Positions 41,893 to 51,621 of a DNA stretch of 64,000 nt are shown here, piece after piece. Below the pieces are notes generated by a model. That model was not told where the DNA came from. It ran no database searches and was given only the letters and a program-made list of their open reading frames with translations. Numbering within the stretch: the first letter of the stretch is position 1; every line of letters starts with the position of its first letter. The stretch comes from Syntrophaceae bacterium (GTDB taxonomy: Bacteria; Desulfobacterota; Syntrophia; Syntrophales; PHBD01). A program made the translations under genes and the position numbers. The stretch lies in NCBI GenBank assembly GCA_041310335.1, contig JBFYXW010000063.1:7079-71078 (forward strand). The letters run 5' to 3'.

Positions 41893-43116
41893 TTGCGCGT
41901 CCTCATGTTCGGCTGGGAGTTCGCGGCCCGGTTGAGCGGCGGCCTCGGCCCGGCCTGCCGGGGAATCACCGGGGCCCTCTCCGGGCTCGGTCACGAGGTG
42001 ATCCTGGTCTTTCCCCGGGACAACCCGTCGACCCGGGAGCCCGGCAGCGGCGGGCCGGAGATCGAAGTCCGTCCCGTTCCCTCCCCGCTGACACCATACC
42101 AGACGCCCGCCTCCTACCGGCCGCATCCGGACCGGCGGGAAGAGGGGCTGGACAACCCGGAGCAGGAAGGGGAGTACGGCCCCGACCTCCTCTCGGAGGT
42201 GATCCGCTTCGGCGAAGAGGCCGCCTGGCTGGCGGGAGACCTGGCCTTCGACGTGATCCACGCCCACGACTGGATGACCGTCTTCGCCGCCGTTCGGGCC
42301 CGGGAAGCCTCCGGGAAACCCCTGGTCCTTCACCTCCATTCCCTCGAGTTCAACCGCCGAGGCGAGGATGCCAACCGGAACATCTGCGAAATCGAACGGT
42401 ATGGAATGGAGCGGGCGGATCACGTCGTCGCCGTGAGCGCCTTCCTGAAAAACATGATCGTGAGCCGCTACGGCATTCGGCCGGAGAAGGTCACCGTCGC
42501 CTACAATGCGGCGGAGCCGACGGCCGTCGAGACGCCCCTTCCCCGGTCCCGGGTGGGCGGAAAGACGGTTCTCTTCCTGGGAAGGATCACCCGCCAGAAG
42601 GGCCCCCGGCTTTTCCTGGAGGCGGCGGCCCGGGTCCTGCGCGACCTGCCGGAAGCGGAGTTCATCATGGCTGGGGACGGGGACGACCTGGAAAGCGCGC
42701 GCCGGGCGGCCCGGGATCTCGGAATCGACAAGCGGGTTCGGTTCACCGGGTTCCTGGAAGGGGCGCAGATGGAGCAGACCTTTGCCGAAGCGGACCTGTT
42801 CGTCCTCTCCAGTGTCTCGGAACCCTTCGGGATCGCCCCACTGGAGGCGGCCCGGCGCGGCATACCGGTGATCCTGTCCCGCCAGTCCGGCGTGGCGGAA
42901 ATTCTGAAAACGGCCCGGAAGGTCGACTTCTGGGACACGGAAGACCTGGCCCGGAACATCCTCGACGTCCTGACCGATCCGGACCGCGCCGCCTCCCTGG
43001 CCATGGCATCGCAGGATGAGGAAGCGGGAATCCGGTGGAGGACCGAGGTGGAGAAGATCGACCGGATCTACCGTAGCCTTTGCCTTTCGGCGCCGAGCGG
43101 AAACCAGGCAAGTTAA
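41893..43116 (+). CDS. GT4-family glycosyltransferase (glycogen-synthase-like)
   Basis: HAHDWMT, GRITRQKG and the E-x7-E region SSVSEPFGIAPLEAARRGIPVI. About 60 aa of Pro-rich insertion near the N-terminus. The ORF begins at a TTG. Confidence 0.8.
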   Translation: MRVLMFGWEFAARLSGGLGPACRGITGALSGLGHEVILVFPRDNPSTREPGSGGPEIEVRPVPSPLTPYQTPASYRPHPDRREEGLDNPEQEGEYGPDLLSEVIRFGEEAAWLAGDLAFDVIHAHDWMTVFAAVRAREASGKPLVLHLHSLEFNRRGEDANRNICEIERYGMERADHVVAVSAFLKNMIVSRYGIRPEKVTVAYNAAEPTAVETPLPRSRVGGKTVLFLGRITRQKGPRLFLEAAARVLRDLPEAEFIMAGDGDDLESARRAARDLGIDKRVRFTGFLEGAQMEQTFAEADLFVLSSVSEPFGIAPLEAARRGIPVILSRQSGVAEILKTARKVDFWDTEDLARNILDVLTDPDRAASLAMASQDEEAGIRWRTEVEKIDRIYRSLCLSAPSGNQAS

Positions 43117-43134
43117 TCGCACGAGGTACGATCC

Positions 43135-46100
43135 ATGACGGAACACCGGAGCACCTACCTGTTCGAGGTCAGCTGGGAGGTCTGCAACAAGGTAGGCGGG
43201 ATCCACACCGTCCTCCACAGCAAGATGCGGGAGGTCCTGCACGTGTTCGGGGACCGTTCCATCTTCCTGGGCCCGGACCTCAGGAACAACCCGGAGTTCG
43301 AGGAAACCGACGAGGACTGCTGGACCCGGATCCGGGAAGCGACGGCCATCAAGGAAATCCCCTGCCGGTTCGGCCGGTGGAAGATACCCGGCCGGCCGAA
43401 GGCGATCCTCGTGGGATTCGCCCGCCGGTACGACAAGGACCAGCTTCTCTTCAAGATCTGGGAAAACTGGGGCGTCGATTCCATGGCGGGCGGCTGGGAC
43501 TACGTGGAGCCCGTCATGTTCAGCCACGCCGCGGGGGAGGTCATCGAAACGATCTTCAACGTCCTGGCCCGTCCCCTGGGCGCTCCCGCCATCGCCCATT
43601 TCCACGAATGGATGTGCGGTGCGGGCCTCCTCTACCTGAAGCGCAGGCTCCCCGAGGTCGCCACCGTGTTCACCACCCACGCCACCATTCTGGGCCGCAC
43701 ACTGGCGGGCACCGGCATGGACCTCTACGGCTCGATGGAACACCTCTCGCCCCAGAAGGAGGCGGCGGCCCACAACATCGGCGCGAAGTTCTCCATGGAG
43801 CAGGTCGCGGCCCGGGAGGCCGACTGCTTCACCACCGTCAGCGAGATCACCGCCCTGGAGGCCCGCAACATCCTCGGCCGCCCCCCCGACGTGATCACCC
43901 CCAACGGGCTGGACATGGAAAACATCCCGGACCTGACGGAGGACCGGGAGCCGGCCGCGGCATCCCGAAAAGCCCTGCTGTCGGCCGCCGGTGCCTTCCT
44001 GCACCGGGATCTCCCGCCGGACACGCGTTTGTTCCTGACGTCTGGCCGCTACGAGTTCCACAACAAGGGGATCGACGTGTTCCTCGGGGCGCTGGGCCGT
44101 CTGGAGCGGGACCTGGAAGCCGGGCAGTCGGCCGTGGCCTTCCTGTTCGTCATGACCGGCCACATGGACCTGCTTCCCTGCCTCAAGGAGCAGTATACAC
44201 GACCCGAACCGGGCCCCCTGCCCATCGCCACCCACCGCCTTCATTACGGCGCCTCGGACCCCGTCCTGGAGACGTGCAAGCGGCTGGGCCTCCGGAATAC
44301 CGCCGAGAACCGGGTCAGCGTCATCTTCGTGCCGGCCCCCCTGGACGGAAAGGACGGGTTTCTCAACCTGCCCTATTACGAGGCCCTCCAGGGGTGTGAC
44401 ATGGGCGTTTTCCCTTCCTATTACGAGCCTTGGGGCTATACGCCCCTGGAATGCGCCGCCTACGCCATCCCGACGGTCTCCACCGATCTGGCCGGCTTCG
44501 GGCAGTGGGTCCGCCAGATGAACGCCGGGTATGACGGCGTGCGGATCGTGGACCGGCGGAACCGGGAACCGTCGGCCGTGGAGGAGGAACTCCGGGAAAT
44601 CCTCCGGGAGAGCTTTTCCTGGACGGAGCAGGACCTGCTCCGGATGCGCCGGGGAGCCCGTCTCCTGTCCCTGCACGCCGGCTGGAGGGACTTCTACGGG
44701 GCGTATCTCGCGGCCTACGACCGGGCCCTGGGAGTCGCCCTCGAGCGATCCGCCAAGATGGCGGCGACGGACAGGGTCGAAGCGAAGCACGTCTTCGCGG
44801 GAACCGCCTCCACCCAGCCCCATTTCCGGACCTTCACAGCGGTGGCAAACCTGCCGGAGTCGATCGGCCGGCTCCGGGAGCTGGCTTACAACCTATGGTG
44901 GGCCTGGAATCCCCGAGCCCTGGATCTATTCGCCACCCTGGACCCGAAACTCTGGCTCGAAATGGGCAACAATCCCGTGCGGATGCTCGAAACGGTCAGC
45001 GCGGCGCGGCTCACCGAGGCGGCGGAGAACCCGAGTTACATGGCCCTGTACGGCCAGATCATGGGCCAGTTCGACGACTACATGGAGGAGAAGACCTCCG
45101 ACCACAATCCCTTTGCCGCCAACGGCATCCGCTGGTCCAATCCCGTCGCCTACTTCTCCACCGAGTACGGGCTCCACGAGTGCCTGCCCATCTACTCCGG
45201 CGGCCTGGGGACCCTCTCCGGGGACCATCTCAAGACCGCCAGCGACATGAACGTCCCCCTCGTCGGGGTGGGCCTGCTTTACAAGAACGGCTACTTCCGG
45301 CAGGTCATCGACCGGAACGGCATCCAGATCGCCGAGTACCCCGAGAACGATTTCTCGAGCCTGCCCGTGGAGATCGTCCGGGACGAATTGGGCGTGGACG
45401 TCCAGATCTCCCTGGAACTGCCCGGGCGCACCCTCTACGCCAACATCTGGGAAGTCAAAGTGGGCCGTGTTTCCCTGTATCTCTTGGACACGGACGTTCC
45501 GGGAAACACCCTCCAGGACCGTTCCATCACGGCCCGCCTCTACGGGGCCGATCCGCGGGTGAGGATCGAACAGGAGATCCTCCTCGGGGCGGGGGGTGTC
45601 CGCCTCCTGAAGAAACTCGGCGTCCGCCCCCGGGTTTTCCACATCAACGAGGGGCATTCGGCCTTCCTGATCTTCGAGCGGATTGCCGGCCTCATGACGG
45701 AGGAGGGGCTGTCCTTCGAGGAGGCCTCGGAGGTCGTCCGGGGCAGCACCGTCTTTACCACCCACACCCCCGTGGAAGCCGGAAACGAACGGTTTACGAG
45801 GGATCTCGTGGAGTCTCACCTGGGCGGGTACCAGAAGCGTTTCGGCCTGTCCTGGGCCCAGTTCTGGGATCTGGGCCGCAAGGACCGGGGGGATGACCGC
45901 CCCTTCTTCATGACCATCCTGGCCCTCAAGATGTCCTGCCGGAGCAATGCCGTGAGCAGCCTCCACGGCCAGGTCGCCCGACACATGTGGCGCGATGTCT
46001 GGAAAGGCTTCGACGATTCGGACATCCCCATCGGGCAGATCACCAACGGCATCCACGTGATGTCCTACATCGCCCCCCGGATGAAGGAGTGTTTCGACAC

Positions 46101-47388
46101 CTACCTCGGAATGGACTGGAAAAAGCACCTGGCGGACCCGGAGCGCTGGCGCCGTGTCCAGGACATACCCGACATCCAGCTCTGGAGGGTCCGCTACGAG
46201 CTGAAGCAGCGGACCCTCGATTTCCTCCGGGAGTACGCGGTCTCGCAGGATGGCAAGGCGCCCTCCTGGAGGGGCGGGCGGGAAGACCTGTTTTCCCGCC
46301 TCAACCCGTCGGCCCTCCTCATCGGGTTTGCCCGCCGCTTCGCCCCCTACAAGCGGGCGGACCTGCTCCTTTCGGACCTGAACCGCCTGGACCGGATCGT
46401 CAACCATCCGGCCCGGCCGGTCCACATCGTCTTCGCCGGCAAGGCCCACCCCAACGACGACATGGGGAAAAACCTGGTGAAGCGGGTCATCGACATTTGC
46501 CGGGACGATCGGTTCCGGGGACGGATCTTCTTCATCGAGGACTACTCCATCGGTATCGCCCGGATGCTCGTCCAGGGGGTGGACCTGTGGGTCAACACGC
46601 CCCGGCGCCCCTACGAGGCCAGCGGCACGAGCGGCATGAAGGTGGCCGCCAACGGGGTCCTGAACTTGAGCGTCTCCGACGGCTGGTGGAGCGAGGCCTA
46701 CGACGGCACGAACGGGTGGACGGTGGGACCGGTGGTGCAGCACTTCGCGGAAGAAAAGTCCGGGGCGGACGAGGAGGACGGCCGGAGCCTGTACGATCTC
46801 CTGGAGGACGTCGTCATCCCGACCTTCTATGAGCGGGACGTGTCGGGGATTCCGGAGCGCTGGATCGCCACCGTCAAGCGCTCCATGCAGACCCTGGTAC
46901 CCCGGTTCAACACCGAGCGGATGCTCCAGGAGTACTACGACGGGATGTATCGGCCCGGGGCCGCGCGGGAGCAGGAACTGACGGCGGACGGGTTCGCCCT
47001 GGCCCGCACGCTGGCGGACTGGAAGCGGAAGATTCCCACGCGGTTCTCCTCTCTGAAACTCCTGGAGGTGATCGTCGAGGGCGTTCACGGGGACACGATC
47101 GTGGTGGACCAGCCCCTGTCCGTCCAGGTCCGGATCGATCCGGGCAAGGTGGCCCCGGAGGAAGTCCTCGTGGAGCTGGTCATCGGTCCCAAGGACGGAT
47201 ACGGCTTCGCCGGCATGCCGGACCGGATCCCCCTGAAGGTCGTGGACGTGGAGAAGGAGGGCCTGCTGGTTTTCGCCGGCGAGTACTTGGTCCGCGCGAA
47301 CGGGGCCTATTCGTACGGCGTCCGCGTCCTGCCGGTTCACCCGCAAGTCGCGACGATCCGGGAGACGGGCCTGATCCTGTGGGGATGA
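43135..47388 (+). CDS. Fusion protein: GT3 (eukaryote-type) glycogen synthase + GT35 alpha-glucan phosphorylase (DUF3417 type)
   Basis: The N-terminal roughly 550 aa has YLFEVSWEVCNKVGGIHTVL, HFHEWM, ADCFTTVSEITA and FPSYYEPWGYTPLE (GT3). From about nt 44800 it has LPESIGRLRELAYNLWWAWN (DUF3417), YFSTEYGLHECLPIYSGGLGTLSGDHLK, GFARRFAPYKR and PRRPYEASGTSGMK (the phosphorylase PLP-Lys context). Confidence 0.85.
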   Translation: MTEHRSTYLFEVSWEVCNKVGGIHTVLHSKMREVLHVFGDRSIFLGPDLRNNPEFEETDEDCWTRIREATAIKEIPCRFGRWKIPGRPKAILVGFARRYDKDQLLFKIWENWGVDSMAGGWDYVEPVMFSHAAGEVIETIFNVLARPLGAPAIAHFHEWMCGAGLLYLKRRLPEVATVFTTHATILGRTLAGTGMDLYGSMEHLSPQKEAAAHNIGAKFSMEQVAAREADCFTTVSEITALEARNILGRPPDVITPNGLDMENIPDLTEDREPAAASRKALLSAAGAFLHRDLPPDTRLFLTSGRYEFHNKGIDVFLGALGRLERDLEAGQSAVAFLFVMTGHMDLLPCLKEQYTRPEPGPLPIATHRLHYGASDPVLETCKRLGLRNTAENRVSVIFVPAPLDGKDGFLNLPYYEALQGCDMGVFPSYYEPWGYTPLECAAYAIPTVSTDLAGFGQWVRQMNAGYDGVRIVDRRNREPSAVEEELREILRESFSWTEQDLLRMRRGARLLSLHAGWRDFYGAYLAAYDRALGVALERSAKMAATDRVEAKHVFAGTASTQPHFRTFTAVANLPESIGRLRELAYNLWWAWNPRALDLFATLDPKLWLEMGNNPVRMLETVSAARLTEAAENPSYMALYGQIMGQFDDYMEEKTSDHNPFAANGIRWSNPVAYFSTEYGLHECLPIYSGGLGTLSGDHLKTASDMNVPLVGVGLLYKNGYFRQVIDRNGIQIAEYPENDFSSLPVEIVRDELGVDVQISLELPGRTLYANIWEVKVGRVSLYLLDTDVPGNTLQDRSITARLYGADPRVRIEQEILLGAGGVRLLKKLGVRPRVFHINEGHSAFLIFERIAGLMTEEGLSFEEASEVVRGSTVFTTHTPVEAGNERFTRDLVESHLGGYQKRFGLSWAQFWDLGRKDRGDDRPFFMTILALKMSCRSNAVSSLHGQVARHMWRDVWKGFDDSDIPIGQITNGIHVMSYIAPRMKECFDTYLGMDWKKHLADPERWRRVQDIPDIQLWRVRYELKQRTLDFLREYAVSQDGKAPSWRGGREDLFSRLNPSALLIGFARRFAPYKRADLLLSDLNRLDRIVNHPARPVHIVFAGKAHPNDDMGKNLVKRVIDICRDDRFRGRIFFIEDYSIGIARMLVQGVDLWVNTPRRPYEASGTSGMKVAANGVLNLSVSDGWWSEAYDGTNGWTVGPVVQHFAEEKSGADEEDGRSLYDLLEDVVIPTFYERDVSGIPERWIATVKRSMQTLVPRFNTERMLQEYYDGMYRPGAAREQELTADGFALARTLADWKRKIPTRFSSLKLLEVIVEGVHGDTIVVDQPLSVQVRIDPGKVAPEEVLVELVIGPKDGYGFAGMPDRIPLKVVDVEKEGLLVFAGEYLVRANGAYSYGVRVLPVHPQVATIRETGLILWG

Positions 47389-47437
47389 CGGCCGAACCGG
47401 GCTGGACCGGGAAAGAGATGCGGGTCCGGAACGCAGA

Positions 47438-47466
47438 GGGGGCGCCCCGCTTGACCGGGCGCCCCC
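47438..47466. terminator. Perfect 10-bp GC hairpin between the glycogen fusion gene and tRNA-Leu (bidirectional terminator-like, no U-tract)
   Basis: GGGGGCGCCC (47438-47) pairs with GGGCGCCCCC (47457-66) around a 9-nt loop. It lies 50 nt after the stop at 47388 and 12 nt past the tRNA 3' end. Confidence 0.4.
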
Positions 47467-47477
47467 GTCTGTATATA

Positions 47478-47565
47478 TGGTGCCGAAGCCGGGATTTGAA
47501 CCCGGACAGGCCTACGCCCACTAGACCCTGAACCTAGCGCGTCTACCAAATTCCGCCACTTCGGC
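47478..47565 (-). tRNA. tRNA-Leu (anticodon CAG), type II with a long variable arm and an encoded CCA
   Basis: Minus-strand sequence: GCCGAAGTGGCGGAATTTGGTAGACGCGCTAGGTTCAGGGTCTAGTGGGCGTAGGCCTGTCCGGGTTCAAATCCCGGCTTCGGCACCA. Acceptor is GCCGAAG/CTTCGGC. The anticodon arm is CTAGG-TTCAGGG-TCTAG. The T-arm is CCGGG-TTCAAAT-CCCGG. 88 nt. Confidence 0.92.
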
Positions 47566-47706
47566 AAAAAGGCTGGTACATTCCGAAAGAGCGTTTTTTC
47601 CTACACGAATCATCAATCCCCTGTCAAGGAAAATGATCCGCCCCGGCCGCGCCTGCGGCGGATTCGCACGGCACCGGACGGGGTGGAACCAGCGGAAAGG
47701 GAAAGC

Positions 47707-48660
47707 ATGGAGGTCATCCGCAGTCTGGAGGGAATACCCCGGGGTCTGGAGGGATCCTTCGCCACCATCGGCAACTTCGACGGGGTGCACCGGGGCCACC
47801 GGACGATTTTCCGCCGCCTCATCGAAGAGGCTCGTCCCGCCGGGGCCCCCGTGGTGGTGATCACCTTCGAACCGCATCCGAAAAGCGTCCTCCGGGCCGA
47901 CCGGCGCCCCTTCTACCTGATCACCACCCCGGAGGAGAAGATCCGGGAGGTCGCCGTCGCCGGCGTCGACGCCCTCCTCATGATCCCCTTCGACCTGGAC
48001 TTCGCCGCCCTGTCCGCCGAGGCCTTCGTCCGGGACATTCTCTGGAAGCGGCTTCGCATCCGGAAACTGCTCGTCGGCCACGACTACCGCTTCGGCCGGG
48101 GCAAGGAAGGGAATGAGGCCTTCCTGGCCCGCTGGGGGCAAACCCTCGGGTTCGAAGTGGAGGCCCTCGGGGCCGTTTCCGAGGGGGGGGACGCCATCAG
48201 CAGCACCCGGATCCGGAACGCCATTTTCGACGGCGACGTGCGGACCGCCCGGCACCTCCTCGGCCGCCCCTACAACGTGGCGGGCCGGGTCGTCCACGGC
48301 CACCGCCGGGGGACCGGCCTGGGCTTCCCGACGGCCAACGTCCGGCCCGACAAGGAGCTCCTGCCGGCCCGGGGCGTGTATGCCGCCGTCACACGGATGG
48401 ACGGGCGGACGATGAAGTCGGTCCTCAACATCGGCTACAACCCCACCTTCGGAGACGCGGAACTGTCCGTGGAGGTCTTCATCCTCGACTTCCGGGGAGA
48501 CCTGTACGGGGAAACGCTGGAAATCTTCTTCATCGACCGGCTCCGCCCGGAGATGAAGTTCGAGAACCCCGGGGCGCTGGTGACGCAGATCCGCTCCGAC
48601 GTGGCCCGGGCGGAGAGCATCCTGGCAGACTGGCTCGAAAACCCCGATGAAGGCCCGTAG
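47707..48660 (+). CDS. ribF: Bifunctional riboflavin kinase / FMN adenylyltransferase
   Basis: ATIGNFDGVHRGH, VVITFEPHP, GHDYRFG, SSTRIR and GHRRGTGLGFPTAN...VEVFILDF. Start at ATG 47707. Confidence 0.9.
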   Translation: MEVIRSLEGIPRGLEGSFATIGNFDGVHRGHRTIFRRLIEEARPAGAPVVVITFEPHPKSVLRADRRPFYLITTPEEKIREVAVAGVDALLMIPFDLDFAALSAEAFVRDILWKRLRIRKLLVGHDYRFGRGKEGNEAFLARWGQTLGFEVEALGAVSEGGDAISSTRIRNAIFDGDVRTARHLLGRPYNVAGRVVHGHRRGTGLGFPTANVRPDKELLPARGVYAAVTRMDGRTMKSVLNIGYNPTFGDAELSVEVFILDFRGDLYGETLEIFFIDRLRPEMKFENPGALVTQIRSDVARAESILADWLENPDEGP

Positions 48661-49378
48661 CCTCCACCCCTGGGACCTGTCCTGCCGGGAGGCCGCCCGC
48701 CTCCAGGAAGGGCTGAGGGACCTCCTGATCCTGGACGACCGCTCCTTTCCCCCTTCCCTGCAAACGATCGCCGGGGCGGACGTCTCCTATGCCCGGGGAA
48801 GCGACCGCTTCTTCGCCGCCGTCGTGGTCCTGGCCTACCCGTCCCTGGAAGTCCTCGAGGAGGCCTTCGCCGAGGACCGCTCCGCCTTCCCCTACGTCCC
48901 CGGCCTGCTCTCCTTTCGGGAGGGACCGGTCGTGCTGAAGGCCTTTGAGCGGCTCCGGCGCGTTCCCGACGCGGTTCTCTTCGACGGCCAGGGAATCGCC
49001 CATCCCCGGGGGATCGGCCTCGCTTCTCATTTGGGACTGATCCTCGACGTCCCGTCGATCGGGTGCGCCAAGACGCGCCTCTGCGGCTCCCACGGCGAGG
49101 TGGAAGCGGGAAAGGGCAGCCGGGCGGAATTGAGGGTGGATGGTTCCGTCGCCGGCGCCGCGGTGCGGACCCGGGACCGGGTGAAGCCCGTCTATGTATC
49201 TCCGGGACACCGGGTCAGCCTGGAGAAGGCCGTGGAGGTCACCCTTTCCTGCTGCCGGGGCTACCGCCTTCCGGAGCCGGTCCGGCTGGCCCACCGGGCG
49301 GTGAACCGGATCCGCCGGGAGGCGGGAGATGGACACGTCTCGAGGGAAACGGCTTTCCGTACGCGGGAACCCGCCTGA
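48647..49378 (+). CDS. nfi: Endonuclease V
   Basis: IAGADVSY, PYVPGLLSFREGP, LFDGQGIAHPRGIGLASHLG, SIGCAK, KPVYVSPGH and RLPEPVRLAH. 14-nt overlap with ribF. Confidence 0.9.
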   Translation: MKARSLHPWDLSCREAARLQEGLRDLLILDDRSFPPSLQTIAGADVSYARGSDRFFAAVVVLAYPSLEVLEEAFAEDRSAFPYVPGLLSFREGPVVLKAFERLRRVPDAVLFDGQGIAHPRGIGLASHLGLILDVPSIGCAKTRLCGSHGEVEAGKGSRAELRVDGSVAGAAVRTRDRVKPVYVSPGHRVSLEKAVEVTLSCCRGYRLPEPVRLAHRAVNRIRREAGDGHVSRETAFRTREPA

Positions 49379-49417
49379 TTTTCCAGGAGGGGAGAGAAGC
49401 CCCTTGCCTTCGGGGCG

Positions 49418-50125
49418 TCAGGACTTGCTGAAGTAGACCTCGCCGATGTAGCCTTCCGCATGGCTCTTGGTGTTCTGCGAGTTGATATAGAAGCGCAGCC
49501 CGTGGGTTGCGCCCCGGGGCTCGCCGCCGTCGACATCCCGGAAGACCTTCCGGAAGTCCTCGTATACGTTCCTTTTTTCCGTGTACCACGTACCGAGGCG
49601 GTCCGTCTTGTTCCGGACGACGACGTAGCGGATCTTCCTCATGAGGGGCTTCGGGCTCCGGGTGATCAGTCCCTTCGGCGCCTCGTTGTCCCAGACGTAG
49701 GTCAGGATGGGATAGTTGAACTTCTCCGGAAAGCCCGTTGATGGCAGAACGACGTAGATCTGGAGGGCCTGGTCGTCGGTGGCGGTCCTCCGGACGTCAC
49801 CGCCGCGGGGGAGCCTTGTCGCCGTCCAAGTCCAGTTCAGGTAGGGATATTCCCGGAGGTCGACACTGACCTGCTTCTCGATCCCGAAACCCGAACGGGC
49901 GTCGCTGGACAGCCGCACGTAATAGGCGTCACCGAATTTCTCCAGCCGGATGACCGGGTCGCCGGAGTGGCGCATGATCTTCCAGCCTTCCGGAACCCCG
50001 TTGACCATTTTCGCGCTCCGGTAGAAGGCCACCTCCACGATCTCTTCCCGCAGGGCATAGGCTGCAGCGGCGGAGGCGAAGAACAACAGCGCCGCCAGGA
50101 GGGTGATTCGTTTCTTTCGATTCAT
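49418..50125 (-). CDS. DUF3047-like secreted protein
   Basis: Signal anchor ITLLAALLFFASAAAA. The pattern W..M...G...I.L......Y.RL.S...SGFGI.K...VDL..YPYLNWTW....LP.GGD.R....DDQALQIYVV matches my recollection of DUF3047. Confidence 0.6.
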   Translation of the reverse strand: MNRKKRITLLAALLFFASAAAAYALREEIVEVAFYRSAKMVNGVPEGWKIMRHSGDPVIRLEKFGDAYYVRLSSDARSGFGIEKQVSVDLREYPYLNWTWTATRLPRGGDVRRTATDDQALQIYVVLPSTGFPEKFNYPILTYVWDNEAPKGLITRSPKPLMRKIRYVVVRNKTDRLGTWYTEKRNVYEDFRKVFRDVDGGEPRGATHGLRFYINSQNTKSHAEGYIGEVYFSKS

Positions 50126-50195
50126 GAAACAGCCTGTTCTGACTCCCGGGACCCGCCCGCGTTCCCGGATCTCATCCTCACATACGCCGGAACGC

Positions 50196-50216
50196 GAAAA
50201 AGCCCTCCAGAGGGCC
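50196..50216 (-). terminator. Weak Rho-independent terminator downstream of pyrE
   Basis: Minus strand: GCCCT-CTGG-AGGGC followed by TTTTTCG. The stem is only 5 bp. Confidence 0.35.
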
Positions 50217-50290
50217 GTTGAGTCGGATATTACCTAAGAATATTAAATGCTTGTGTATTTTAGCGGGCGATCATAAACCACCGGCGGCCC

Positions 50291-50869
50291 TCATGCAAGC
50301 CCTTTTTTATACCGCTCCATGATCTCCGTCCGGGTGAAGACGGCATCGACCCGGTCCACCAGGGCCAGGATGTTCTCGCGCCCCCCCTCCTCCCGGTCGA
50401 TGAGGGCGATGACGCGCTCCACGACGAGCCCCGCCTCGCGGGCCCTCTCGATGGCCGTGATGGTGGAGCCCCCCGTCGTGATGACGTCGTCCAGGACGAC
50501 GACCCGCTCCCCCGGCTTCACGTTCCCCTCGACGGCGCTCTTCGTCCCGTGGGCCTTCACGTCCTTCCGGACGATGAAGGACTTCACCGGCTCCCCCTTC
50601 TGGAAGGAGATCACCGACAGGGCGTTGGCCAGGGGGTCCGCCCCGAGGGTCAGGCCGCCGGCCGCGGTGACGCTGGAGCCCCGGATCATGTCGAACAGGA
50701 CGCGGCCGATGAGGTTCATTCCCTCCGGGTCCAGGGTCACGGGCTTGCAGTTGAAGTAGAAGAAGCTCGTTCTCCCGGAGGCCAGGGTAAACGGCGGGTT
50801 TTCCCGGTATTGAAAGGACCGGCGGAGGATCAACTCCGCAAGGCGATCCCGGCTGGACAAGGAATCCAT
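50291..50869 (-). CDS. pyrE: Orotate phosphoribosyltransferase
   Basis: Real start is MDSLSSRDRLAELILRRSF (ATG 50869, AGGAGAG RBS). FTLASGRTSFFYFNCK, and the PRPP motif VVVLDDVITTGGST. Confidence 0.9.
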   Translation of the reverse strand: MDSLSSRDRLAELILRRSFQYRENPPFTLASGRTSFFYFNCKPVTLDPEGMNLIGRVLFDMIRGSSVTAAGGLTLGADPLANALSVISFQKGEPVKSFIVRKDVKAHGTKSAVEGNVKPGERVVVLDDVITTGGSTITAIERAREAGLVVERVIALIDREEGGRENILALVDRVDAVFTRTEIMERYKKGLA

Positions 50870-50897
50870 TTCGTTGTCTCTCCTATGCATTCGAATT

Positions 50898-51617
50898 TCA
50901 GGACAGGGACTCTTCCCCGCGGAGGATGAACTTGACCGGCACGTCCACCCGCATCCGGACCGGCTGGCCCAACCGCCGGGCCGGCTCGAACGTCCAGCTC
51001 CGGACGGCCTCCAGGGCGGAGCGGTCCAGGATTTCATAACCCGACGACCGCTTCACGGAAAGCTCGCCGACCCGGCCTTCGGCGGACACGTCCACGGAAA
51101 GCAGCACCACCCCTTCGTATCCGCGGAGGCGGGCCGCCAGCGGGTAGGACGGCCTCGTGTTGTCCCGGTAGCGGGGCAGCGCCGCGGACGTGACCGCCCC
51201 GGATTCCGGGTGTCCCGATGGCGTAGCCGCCGGAGCGGCGCCCACGGCGCCCGCCATCCGGGTCCCCGGCGCCGGGGTGAACGAAACAAACGCTTTCCAC
51301 CCGACCTCCGCCGGCGAACCCGTCGGTACGGCCTTCTCGGCAGATCTCGGGGGTTCCTTCCCAGCAGGAGGCGCCGCCGGCTCCGGGATCGTCGGGGTCA
51401 CCTTTCCGGCGGGGGACGCCGCGGGCTCCCTTTCCGCCGGAACCACGGAAATCCAGGAAACGCTCAGGACCGCGCTTTCCGCCTTGAGGAGCCGCGGCGA
51501 ACTCAGGGCGGCGGCGGCAACCACCAGCGAGGCGGCCAGAAGGGCATGGAAAACCGCCGACACCAGGAGGGGGATCCGGATGTTCCTCTGCCGGGAGGAA
51601 AGGCGGGGGGGCATCAT
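50898..51617 (-). CDS. TonB-family energy transducer (C-terminal domain protein)
   Basis: N-terminal anchor IPLLVSAVFHALLAASLVVAAA, a Pro/Ala-rich spacer, and the TonB_C block PSYPLAARLRGYEGVVLLSVDVSAEGRVGELSVKRSSGYEILDRSALEAVRSWTFEPA. No exbBD in the window. Confidence 0.75.
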   Translation of the reverse strand: MMPPRLSSRQRNIRIPLLVSAVFHALLAASLVVAAAALSSPRLLKAESAVLSVSWISVVPAEREPAASPAGKVTPTIPEPAAPPAGKEPPRSAEKAVPTGSPAEVGWKAFVSFTPAPGTRMAGAVGAAPAATPSGHPESGAVTSAALPRYRDNTRPSYPLAARLRGYEGVVLLSVDVSAEGRVGELSVKRSSGYEILDRSALEAVRSWTFEPARRLGQPVRMRVDVPVKFILRGEESLS

Positions 51618-51621
51618 CGCA

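Noticed and set aside
47389-47706. tRNA-Leu as an integration hotspot or genomic-island boundary
   Set aside because: No integrase, no direct repeat of the tRNA 3' end, and no compositional shift. The neighbours (glycogen genes, ribF, nfi) are ordinary housekeeping genes.
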